Assembly: GCA_010405405.1 (NCBI GenBank)
Contig: MU004235.1
Location: 1,440,538 to 1,504,537 of the forward strand
Direction of reading: 5' to 3'
DNA length: 64,000 nt
DNA from: Microthyrium microscopicum
Taxonomy: Eukaryota
The translations under genes and the position numbers were made by a program. Below are positions 1 to 10,370 of this stretch, in pieces; position 1 is the first letter of the stretch; each line of letters starts with the position of its first letter. The notes beneath the pieces are model-generated. The model saw only the letters and a program-made list of their open reading frames with translations, was not told the DNA's origin and ran no database searches.

Positions 1-1700
1 CCAACTCTTGAGGAACTCCCCAAATGGGTTGTTTTGAGCGAAGTCCTGGATGAAATTGAGCGCGACGTATATTTCAATCCAGTTGTAGACGATTCCAGTG
101 GTTCCATTATGATCATGTGCAGCAATCATGAGACGTGCGCCCAACTCAAGGAGTATCTCAAACGCAGACAGCTAGTCGAAGATGCAGAGGACGAGGAATC
201 TGAGCCCCATTTCGCAGCAAGCTTTATGCTGAAGGACAAGCTGCGGAGCTATATCTACTGGAAACGGGCGTTCGCCAAGATGAATGACTCTTTGAAAGCA
301 GATGTCGCGCAATCCATGGAATCGAAAGGCGAAGCTCAGCGCGACGCCCCTCGTCGAGGGCCACCAAACAAGCGGCGAAGAGTCCGCGGCGGCGCGGCTT
401 CTGCTAGTACTGCAAGCCGAATCGAGACTTCGAGGACTGCCGGCGACAAGGAAGCGCATCTGGCCAGCTTGCTTGAAAATGAAGTGCAAGCCGTGGGTGC
501 TGATGGTCTGCCTGAAGAAGAAGTTGTTGTAGATCCGCTAAGCGACAAAGACACATACTTCGAATTGCTCGAGATGCAAGACCTGATTATCGTTCATCCC
601 TATGACGGCGACATCGACGAGCATGCGATTGAAGAAGTGCGCCCGCGCTATGTCATTATGTATGAACCAGAGGCTGCATTCATACGGCGAGTGGAAGTGT
701 ATCGCAGCTCGCATACGGATCGGAATATTCGCGTGTACTTCATGTACTACAAAGACTCCGTGGAGGAGCAGATGTATCTTGCTTCGGTCCGCCGAGAAAA
801 AGATGCATTCACTAAGCTCATCCGCGAGCGAGGAGTAAGTGGCCACAAAAATATGATGATGTTTCGGAGGCTAACGACGCGGCGTAGAACATGGCGATCA
901 CGATTGATAATGCCAAACTTGATCCCGAAGAGGCTTTCTTGAGGACTATCAACACCCGTATTGCAGGTGGCGGCCGAGTAGCTGCTGCCACCGCCGAGCG
1001 GCCTAGAGTTGTGGTCGACACTCGAGAGTTTCGTTCCTCGCTGCCGTCGCTTGTCAACGCGCGTGGAATGGATGTTGTTCCCTGCATGTTGACCGTGGGT
1101 GATTATGTCCTGACGCCAGATATTTGCGTCGAGCGCAAGTCCATCAGTGATTTGATTGGCTCGTTGAACAACGGACGATTGTTTAACCAAGCAGAGACGA
1201 TGCTGGAGCATTACAAATTTCCAATGCTACTGATAGAGTTCGACCAAACGAGAAGCTTCACGCTCGATCCGTTCACTGACTTGTCGGCTGGTCCACAGAG
1301 TGCTTTGTCCTCTGCGCCAGACTTGCAGTCGAAGATTGTGCTTTTGACTCTCGCTTTTCCCCGAATGCGCATCATTTGGTCGAGCTCGCCGTATCAAACG
1401 GCCGAGATTTTCGAGGAGTTGAAAAAGCTGAACGACGAGCCAGATCCGCGCAAAGCTGTGAATATGGGTATACAAGAAGGTGATGATGCGGAGACAGTGC
1501 GTCCATTCAATCAACTTCCCATAGACATGCTTCGAGAGATTCCAGGAATCAACGAGAAGAACATCACTCGACTAAGCTTGGATATTACCAATATCCATGA
1601 GCTGGCGAATTACGAAGAAGACGATATTTGCGCAATGGTAGGTCGTGAAGCTGGTCGCCAGATCTATCGGTTCTTCAACCGAAATATTGGCCGAGACTGA
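1..1700 (+). CDS. RAD1: DNA repair endonuclease XPF/Rad1/MEI-9 (5'-truncated by window edge)
   Basis: ORFs 34..942 and 891..1700 join in frame via intron 835-887 (GTAAGT..CTAAC..TAG). Motifs PRYVIMYEP..FIRRVEVY, VVVDTREFRSSLP, GDYVLT..CVERKS..DLIGSL (ERCC4 nuclease) and a C-terminal HhH. Confidence 0.95.
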
Positions 1701-1789
1701 GCTGTTGGCCGTGTCTAGTGTAATTAGTAATTGTCTAATGAAAGCTGCATGGCCATCTCAGCGTACCGTGAAATTGGTGGGCTGGAACT

Positions 1790-4400
1790 GTAATCTGGAT
1801 TACCCCTTTTCCTAATTAGCACATCTGCCCCATGTCAGTCTTAGTCTTGTTCTTGCGACAAGCGGGCCGACATCAGTATGGTCAACTCGCAAGCAGAGTA
1901 CACATACCTTCCCATTAGAACTGACTGCTTCATTACGGCAATGTAGCCCTCGCGTGCCGATGGGCTTCTAATTCAGGGGCTTGGTCGGTCGCGTAGCGAG
2001 TGAAGTATACGGTCGTGGGAATCGAGCGCGGAGGTTCGGACAAGGACGCGGCGAAGCGAGGGAATGAGGGAACGCGGTATGAAGGCCAATCCAAGCTAAC
2101 CATCCATGCATCACCAAGACTACCAGTATTACCGTTATGAGTTCGGTGAGGGAGAGGGAGAGGGAGGACAGAGCCGGGGTTAGGGCGGTGCTTCGAAAAG
2201 GGGTATTATGAGTCTGCGAAAGTTCAAGTCAAACCAAAGCCTTCTATCTACGCACCTATCGAGAGTTTAGTCTTGTTGTAAGTAGCATGGCCTTGTTTCA
2301 TACTTGCTTGAGCTTTTAGTTATGCGTGCTTCAAGGTTCTAATAAAAACGGTTACTGTCTTTAGCAAAAACTGAAGTCGAAGACTTGTCAGAACGAATTT
2401 GGGGAGCTCTTCAATTTCAAAGTTAGTAAGTGCTGTTGTAAATGCTTGATGTGCTTACTTGAGTCATTCTACCTCATCATACATGGTTATGAGAGAGTCT
2501 CAAACTGCTCTCCGTGCTTGAAGATGTTCGATATCGAGGTAAGGTAATTGAGGAAAGGGATTCGAGGAAGGGTATTCGAGGGAACGGTTTGGAAAAGTAA
2601 ATCGTAATCGGTGCCAAATATCATCCAACCACACCAATATTACCAGTATAAATCGTGCGTCGAGTTCGATCGCGGCTCGGAGGGCTTTCGAAATGGAAGT
2701 TGATCATCCTGCAAACACGTTACGTAGAAACTTGGTATCTGAGCTATAGCTTGATACAAATGTCAGCGGCGAATCAAATCGTCATTCGTACCTTAGACAA
2801 TCGATTACATGTTGCTTGTCTGCTTTTCTGACTTCACGATTTCGGCGGTTACGAGGAAGAGGGAATGGAAGGAATCGCATTTCGGTCGGCCCATCCATCA
2901 AACTCCAGCCTCGCCAGTATTACCAGTATGAAATCGTTCTCGTTCGATCGTGCGGTATCGGTAGGGGTATTTTACTTTGCTGGAACTGTAATACCTCGTG
3001 GTTAATCCATCTTTCTCTTCCACTGCTACTGAAGACTGACAGAGCACTTTAACTTGACGAAAGCATCAGTCGATACGCTCATACTTTTGTCAAAACAATC
3101 GAACTGGATTGCAAGCCTGGGGGTTTCACTTACCGGCTGCGGCTCTTGCTGAGTATTCGCAATGTTGTATGACAACCAAATGTACAACTCTCAATCTGCA
3201 GATGTGACGGTGACGCTCTTGCCTCATTCCAAGCTCTTTTCTTTAGTCAAAAGCTTGAAACGGCTTCAATATGAAGACCTCTGTCACCGGCGTAAGGGTA
3301 GCTTCGAGGGAGGCATTCCAGTCGCTTTTAAAGCGTCTTTGTCCATGCATTTTGTCACATACTATGATCAGTTAGCAAGATGATAAGACCAGGTGAACCA
3401 AACTAGATAAACTCCTTCTTACTAACCTTTGCCTTGAGATGTTATCCTAGGTGGGGCCCACTTGTAGCGACCTCTGTTTCCAAATCTAATCTCATGATTC
3501 TCAAAAAGCACAAGTCCAGGCCAGCTCCGATGGGATTGATTTCCGTAGCTAGAGCATAAGCACTTGACTACACCCTGTAGATACGGCAGGAAATATGAGT
3601 CATTGGCGTCGCGTTCCGTCTTGAAGTGCCATGTAAAGAATCCGTATGCTACGAGGAGGTTGCTTTGAATCGGTTGCAAGGCGCAAACTTTCTTATCCAG
3701 GAGTCGTGAGATCTCTTTCCCATGCTCTTAGATATTTTACAATGGTGGGCCTTTTTGTTGGATTCAATTAGATGCTTTGACGAAAGCGCACTCCGTTTGC
3801 TGTTGAGGACAATTGAACTTTGATTGTTTTTGGCCATTCAGCCACCAACGCAGCCAGTAATACCGCGCTAGTTGCTCCTTGAGAATGTTAATGAATGGTT
3901 ACTAAGGATAAAGTACAACTTGCATTGATATTTGCTGCCAGTCCGTCGATTTTCAAGGCCCCACGTGGGTTTTCTGGTATTGTTTGCCACGGCTTCAATC
4001 CGCAACCAGTGCTGCTGGAACAAATCCGAAGCTTTGTAGTGTCTCTCCGGCGTGTTAATGCTGTTTGCTGGAAGTTTGATGAAATTGTAAGACCTTTTGG
4101 GACGGAGACGGCTGGTGTGAAAGTGAAGCAAGAGTTTGCCGCTGGGTTGTAAAGATTGTTTGCCCCTGAACTCTTTGAAAAAGGTGCACAAAGGTGGCTT
4201 AGAGGCGGAGGAAGGTATGAATGGTAGACTTAAGCATACAGAAGTAGAAACAAAGGGGGTGTTAAGAAGAGAAGAGCACGAAGGCTCATAATAACAAGGC
4301 TGAAGTGTGCATGGGTAGAGAAACAGGGCAGTCAGAGACTGGAGGGAGGAGTTTAGCTTCCAACACCATGGCAATCGTGACCTGGGGACAAAGTTTGCCC
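1790..4400 (-). ncRNA. Putative spliced long non-coding transcript with repeated exonic hairpin modules (ends approximate)
   Basis: Six intron-like segments on the minus strand (about 1825-1907, 2256-2303, 2409-2458, 2744-2791, 3053-3133, 3362-3426), each with GT donor, branch-like motif and AG acceptor. Exons I translated contain stops in all three frames. Pyrimidine-rich leader near 4200-4350. Confidence 0.45.
2058..2950. repeat. Three dispersed ~90-bp modules GAGGGAA...CATCCA...CCARTATTACC (fourth degenerate copy at 3843-3865)
   Basis: Cores at 2123-2133 (CCAGTATTACC), 2634-2655 (CCAATATTACCAGTATAAATCG), 2914-2936 (CCAGTATTACCAGTATGAAATCG) and 3854-3865 (CCAGTAATACCG). GAGGGAA precedes the first three at 2058, 2578 and 2859. 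Confidence 0.8.
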
Positions 4401-5189
4401 CAATCTCGCGCTTCATTCGCTGCTCGCCAAGTCAAAACGGTGGAGCTGCGTGTTTAAATCCTCGGCAATGTCAATTACCAGCCGCATCTACCTCATCACG
4501 TCTACTTTTCAAGACAAAAGCTCCCGCGAGGAAACCTCTCATTTCTAGCTTAACACTCGTTCTATCTACAGAAGCCGGTGCACTTATCAACTACATGCAC
4601 CCACCCAGCCGGCCGCCTTGATTTCCATAAGCATCCCATACTCCTTACCCGCTCCTCGCCTGGCACTCCGTGCTTTTACGACCACGAAGAGACCGAGATA
4701 TACATCCCGACGACAGAAAGCAACGGCCAGCCCACCTTATACCGATATGGAGGATAGGAGGATGCCCCCGATAGCCCGTGGTCAGACGTCAAAACGAGAA
4801 ACCAAGCTTCCGCCCAATGTGAAGGAGTAGAGGAACCAGAAAAACGCAAGACTTTAACTGCTCTGGCCTTGAGAGACTTGCTTACGCTGTCAATCCCAAC
4901 GACTTGATACACTCAAGGCAGCACCACAGGAAGAGGAGAATAACAGGAGTATTCCCATCGAATGCGATGGTACATATCTAATCGGATGGCAGCCGTCGCT
5001 TGCGCGCACCAAGGCCAGCAACTTGGAATATTGGGTTTCGAGAGGCGCTGGAGACATACAAAAGGATGCATAACATACAGATGATGGAGCGGGCTTGATA
5101 GCGGAGCACGATAAACACATGATTTGAAGGCATTGGCAGGTTTAAAGCATGAATTGAATGGTTTATTGGATCTAAGATAACACGAAAAC

Positions 5190-5512
5190 TAAAGCTAATG
5201 GCACAATGAAATGGAATGTTTGCAGAACCGGCGAAGAGGAGCCATGGGGTAAAAGACACTCTTCAATAGGAATTGCAGTTTGATGTAGCACCCTTTAAGT
5301 GAAGATTCCTTGGGAAAGAAAGAATCTTCACCGTAAAGGCGAGATGACTGGCTGGCTGACGAGTTATAGAAACTTGGGTGCATTGTATTCTACTTCGGTC
5401 TTCTCCAAGCACCAGGGTATAGACCAAGATGCAGGAGATGATGAAGAAGTCTGGCGGGCTTAAGAGGAAGAAGAGGAAGAAGAGGAGGAGAGAGGGATCG
5501 AGGGCTTAAATA
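5190..5512 (-). ncRNA. Putative hairpin ncRNA unit, copy 1 (TATTTAA + CT leader + long hairpin)
   Basis: TATTTAA at 5512-5506, CT-rich tract, CAGCCAGCCAGTCATC shared with the 10.3 kb copy, perfect 10-bp inverted repeat 5299-5308/5322-5331 extended by CCTTTA/TAAAGG. Confidence 0.35.
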
Positions 5513-5775
5513 GACAACGCGGAGGATTGTTGATGCGCTAGCACCACGGAACTTGATGGAATTCTGCGCCTGATGACTATTGTCATCATCACAAGGCTTT
5601 CAAAACGCGTCAGTGGTGTTTTGAAAAAAAGAGCGCTCCATCTGCGAGCCTAGACCGAAGGGGCCACCAAATTGGACATTGTGTCTGTCCCCATTTCTCC
5701 CTATTGTAGTTGTGGCTGTGCTTCCTGTGAATATTTGCCCAGAGTCAGAAGTCAGTCAAGTGTCTGAGCCGTAGT

Positions 5776-6135
5776 GGTGGGTTTCAGTCATTTTGGAGCT
5801 CTTGAAGCCACCGAGCGACCTGTATTGAAGCCAGCATAAACATAGAGGTCTGCCATCACTTGAGATGGTAGATATAAGGTAGCCTGTTGTCCTTCAACTG
5901 CGATGAAACTTTAGGCTACTAACGTGGATCGCCTTGCGTGAAGTGTTTGAACAGTGGTGAAAGTGGCTTCCAGTCACTTTGAGGTCTCTTGAAGCTACAG
6001 AGCAACCTTTATTGCAGCCAGCGCAGACAAGAGGTTCAACCATCGCTATTCATGGTAGATAGATGAAATTATATTGCCCATCGAATGCAATGGGACTTGG
6101 AGTTGATAACGTAGATCGCGTTAGATGAAGCGTAA
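5776..6135. repeat. Diverged tandem duplication, period 187 bp
   Basis: CAGTCAYTTT..CTCTTGAAGCYAC.GAGCRACC..TATTG.AGCCAGC..GAGGT..CCATC..ATGGTAGATA..TAACGTRGATCGC occurs twice (palindromes at 5853 and 6040). Confidence 0.85.
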
Positions 6136-7255
6136 TAGACAAATATGACGGAGTCAATCATCTACCTTGACATGAAAATTACTGCATCTTAAAGCTTTTC
6201 ATCTTCGCCCAGCCCTGCCATATATTTCAGCTTAGTAAAAACTGGTTCCAGCGCACTGGAACTTCTGAAAGCGGCGTCCCAACCACATTGAATGCCTATG
6301 CCGTCGTTCTGGTATCGAGGTAGATGTGGATTTAGATCTGATGATTGACGTACACCCAGCATCAGCCCGATAGAAGGACTTTCTGGTGCCCAATCTTATT
6401 CACCGTTGCCAAGCACCAATTCTTCTCTATATAACCCAAAGTCAAGGGTAGATGGCACAGCTATCGACTTTCCGTGATAAACCCAGAGCTCTAACAGCTT
6501 GTCCAGCAACCAGAAGGTCCAATTCCACCTCAGCGACATCTGCTCAGACTCCGAAAGCGCGTCCAGATGGTTTTCGATCACCGTGGACTGAACTTTCGCC
6601 ATGCAGACCTTCCCAAGGACCTTTCAAATACCTCCAAACTGCCCAAGTGCAGAAGCTCAGCGAATGTGGTTGAATCCCGGCCGCCACGCTGCTGTCAGCC
6701 ACATGTCCCCTGGAATCCTTTCCCTGTCTACTCGTGGTTTTCACGCCCCCTAGCCCTCTGAGCCCACAGTTCTTTCCAACTTCTCAACGACCACCGACCA
6801 CATGCCTGTGGCAACCATCGTGAACTGAAGGCAAGAGCTCACTCGTCAAACATCAGAGACAAATCGCGCTAAACTCCTCAAGGCAGGTGTCTACATCAAA
6901 TGATTTTCCAATACAGCTCTGTTGGCGAATACTCAGATCAGTGTTTTGACCGTTCCATAGCTGTAGATAGTTCCACACACAATGTAAAGATACCATAATC
7001 TACAGATAGTTGCTTCGGCATGCCACCAAGTGCCTCGCTTTGTTTTGAATCTAAACGGACTTCCCAGTGTCGAGTTACAGCTCGTTATGTATCGCATCTT
7101 CAAGCCCACAAACCTCATCGGCTGGCAGCAGATTGGCCTGAGAGCCATACAATACACCAAATCAGCGGTATCGTGACTTCCCAGGCACCTTCATTGCCCG
7201 TGACAACACTGCGCTTATCCCCAACAGGAAGGCATTGACATCAATAAGTCGAAGC

Positions 7256-7273
7256 CGGAGTATTGTTGATGCG
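7256..7273 (+). promoter_or_regulatory. CGGAG(T/G)ATTGTTGATGCG motif upstream of a TATA box (second copy 5520-5537; partial copy 10414-10422 on minus)
   Basis: 17/18 identity between 7256-7273 and 5520-5537. All three sit within about 55 bp of a paralogous TATTTAA box. Confidence 0.5.
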
Positions 7274-7308
7274 GTTATTCCGTGCCAAGACTCTTGCCAT
7301 CTGATGGG

Positions 7309-7612
7309 TATTTAACCTTTCGATCCGTCCACTTCTTCCAACTTTCTTCTTCTTCTTCCCACACTAGATAGGTAGATAGTTTAGGTAGCTCGTCTCGACA
7401 ACGCCTTCGCTATCGCCAGTCACGTTCTTGAACAGATTTCGCTAACTTTCTTCTTTTCATAGGTGAGGGGGGAGCATCTGCTCCCTCCTCAAACTATCGG
7501 GCCCGTTACCAGTGTCTTGGACACGAGTCTTCGGACTCGAGAGGCCTTGGGCAAGCCTCTCTCTTTTTTTTTTCATTGCATTCTTTGCCTTGTGCGGAGA
7601 TGTGAGGAAGAA
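7309..7612 (+). ncRNA. Putative structured ncRNA unit, copy 2 (TATA, CT leader, possible intron, four hairpins, T10)
   Basis: TATTTAA 7309-7315, GCTAAC..TAG acceptor 7441-7462, hairpins 7464-7491, 7512-7524, 7525-7538 (cUUCGg loop) and 7539-7561, T10 at 7564-7573. Confidence 0.5.
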
Positions 7613-8491
7613 ATTCCTTTACCATTTGGTGGTCATTATGCTTGATATTATTGGAGTGGGGCTGTGAGAGGCATTGTTTTGATGCGAAGTCATGACTATA
7701 TTGGCAATTGATAGTATCTGAGAGAGGTCTGTGAAGATTCTGTGACCATGAGCTATGTCAGAAGCTGTATATGTTCCTTTTCTATGGTGTTTTGAGACTG
7801 CTCTGGCGGTATTGCGTGTTTGTGGGGTATAATCGGGTGGTGAATATTGGCTCAGTCATTGTGGTCAACGAGCGGGCCAGATTATCGCTACGCTGCCACT
7901 CAATGCGCCCGGATGTTATGTGCATGAGGATGAGAAGCTTTTAATTATGATCGTGTTTATGGTAAATTGCATTATCGCTGGGTATTCTGGTGGTGGAGGT
8001 ACAGTGTCTTCACAGCGATGTTGTTCAAGCAAGCCCAAATTTCTGCCACGCTGCTGACAGCGGCGGCAAAGACGATGTCCCAGCGTACATATAATTCTAC
8101 TTTCATGCTAATTCTTGTGATAATTGGAGCCCGCCAGGCATACGAGGATGGTGGAGGCTCAGTGTTACCACTCCCTCCAGGTGGGCCATAAGAATCGGCA
8201 TTGTCCCAGCGACCACGGTGGCTACCAGCGTATCTTGTGTCTACAGTCCAGTACTGGCCATCTGAAGCGATTTATTATTACCTATCTCATGTAATCAATG
8301 GGCTAGAGCCGCAGTCGAAGGCAGTACGGCGTGCATGGCAGCCAACCAGGTCGCTGGAATACGTCAGTTCTGATGGCCACCCTAAATGTTCCGTTTTTCT
8401 GCCACTTTTCTACCTGTTTACTCCTCCACAACAACACACACTTTCAAGCTTTTCACATTGACCTTACAAATACACCTCCAAGCCCACCAAG

Positions 8492-9720
8492 ATGTCTCCA
8501 ATTAGCATCATTCACCAGCTCCTCGCCGCCATTATGGCGTATTTCACAGGCCTGTTCTTCCAGCTCGCCGTCAACATCCACGGCACCAAGGCCATCAACA
8601 CCATCCTGACCGCCCTCTCTCGAAGTAAGAATACCATTTTCAACCACTTTCCAGCGTTTCCCAGCCATTACGAATTACACCGCGCCTCCCATCGCATTCG
8701 ATGGTCCCCATACGATGCTTTAAACACTCAGTGTTAGGCTTTCCCAAGGCCACGATAGCCAATGTCAGACAATTCCGGGCTTCTGAGCGAGAGAATTTCT
8801 CGAATTACTCGCTTCTACAAGACTTTACCATCGAATCCAATGACTGCCATCGCATTCGATGGTTCCCATATGATTTGTTTGCCATGGCGGCTTATGCTTC
8901 ATTTTGAGCGATTTTCCACATTTCAGCTCCCCTCAGAGGCAGATTTACACGCATTTTGGGCTTCATGGGATATTCTCATCGCTTTAGATGGCTCCCATCG
9001 CACTCGATGGGGCCCGTCGCACTCGCTGGCTGTTTGGCGTATTTTGATAAGAAGCTTGAACTAACATTTTCCAGATGATATTCACATTTCTCAGCTCCGA
9101 AAGGAGCTAAAATCCGTGGTCCGCAGTCAGCCAATGTGGAAATTCGAGGCGTACCGAGCGGCATTTGCAAAGAAGTTGTTCTGTGCATTGCGAATGGAGG
9201 TTTCTTCTCGCCGATTATTGGGAGAAACCATCACTACGAAGTTCTGACATCGTTCAATGGAGGTGGTTTTCTACATCGGCCCCGATGTGATCGACTTCGA
9301 CACGCTTGATACCTTTGCATTGATTGCAGTACTTTTGCCCTGGCTGCTTCGGGCTATGGGTTTACGGTCGCGCGGCTTGATAATCGGTGGGAAAACTCGA
9401 AAATTGGGCTCGGAAAGTGCTAAGTTCTTACAGGATCTATTCTCGAAGTCTGGCCAAAATGGCTGCAGAGGTAAGATTTCCCCTTTTCGAGCCAAATTTC
9501 TCGACAATGAACGATGAAACCGAAAGTACACACTCTCCCATTGCACTCAATGGCTACCATCGAATGCGGTGGGAGATGTACACATCTACTCGGAGAATAC
9601 AGGAACGGCCTATTCAAGGCGTGTTAGCTCTAAAAAATGTTATACTAACTAGTTTCAGCGATGCTTCAGAAGATTTGGTTGAGCAAAACTCTCTTATCTG
9701 CCGTTTTCTTCACGAATTGA
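8492..9720 (+). CDS. Possible orphan hydrophobic protein (~175 aa) with repeat-containing introns
   Basis: ATG 8492 after a CA/CT-rich leader, fungal-like codon use in exon 1, introns 8625-9074 (GTAAGA..CTAAC..CAG), about 9200-9262 (weak signals) and 9471-9658 (GTAAGA..TACTAAC..CAG) preserve a frame to TGA at 9720. No recognisable domain. Confidence 0.3.
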
Positions 9721-10095
9721 CCAGAATCAATGGTCCATTGCGAAGCGAGGTGGGAGCTTACGGAACATTCATGTAGGAATAAGCAAAATGTATCAGCTTA
9801 AATGTAACATAGTGTCCAGCTCTTGAAAGATGTGGACTTTTCAATGAATAGCCGTTTGGCTGGCTGACATGTCACAAGTATTTCTACAACAGCAGTGATA
9901 TGATTGAACTACTCCGCAAGCTTCTCATCTAACACCCACCCTGAAGCGGTCTTCAGCTTTCATCAACAATAGATAGGGTGACCGGGCAGCATAAGTGATA
10001 ACAATAATCCTAGAGAGCAGCATAACAGTAATACGACGTAAATATAATGGGCAGCGGCGGTACCCCTCCGTAGAACGATGAATATGAAAGTTTCC

Positions 10096-10370
10096 CTTCC
10101 TCACAGCTCTGCGCCAGGCAAAGCATGCAATGAAAAAAAAGTGTTTAAGGTCCTGGAATTACCTTCACTCAGATAAGCCAAGTAAGGCAAAACGAGGACC
10201 GCCAGCAAAAAATATCCTCTCCTTGTTCTAGATATGCCAGTCTACTTGATCGACTGACACACCGAGCGTCATAGAGGTGATGACTGGACTGGCTGTGAAA
10301 CCTGTCCCGCCGTTAGCATGGAAGAAGAAGAAAAGATTTGGAAGAAGCGAGGGAAGCAAAAGCTTAAATA
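10096..10370 (-). ncRNA. Putative structured ncRNA unit, copy 3 (inverted paralogue of 7309-7612)
   Basis: TATTTAA 10370-10364, leader CTTCTTCCAAATCTTTTCTTCTTCTTCC, hairpins at about 10148-10200 and 10235-10259, then T8-CATTGCATGCTTTGCCTGGCGCAGAGCTGTGAGGAAG matching 7564-7610. Confidence 0.45.

Larger units (their letters stand above)
4955..9760. repeat. Degenerate repeat family with 16-bp palindrome CCATCG-N4-CGATGG in 19-bp phase
   Basis: Copies at 4955, 4974, 5853, 5891, 6040, 6078, 6955, 6993, 8689, 8828, 8847, 8976, 8995, 9014, 9538 and 9557. Perfect copies at 4955, 8689, 8847 and 8995. Confidence 0.85.

Noticed and set aside
2058..2950. Modules as intronic C/D or H/ACA snoRNAs
   Set aside because: They lie in predicted exons, and I found no properly placed C (RTGATGA) / D (CTGA) or H/ACA boxes around them.
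3868..4416. 182-aa minus-strand ORF
   Set aside because: No domain, composition of a translated pyrimidine-rich leader, and it ends in intron-like sequence.
8689..9572. Palindromic repeats separated by unique sequence, CRISPR-like at first sight
   Set aside because: Eukaryotic context, degenerate 16-bp repeats, 130+ bp gaps that are partly homologous to each other, and no cas genes.
8492..9776. Recurring HRxRW peptide in several short ORFs suggesting a repeat protein or RiPP precursor
   Set aside because: It is the translation of the DNA palindrome. Copies lie in different frames separated by stops, and I saw no Kex2-type repeat structure.
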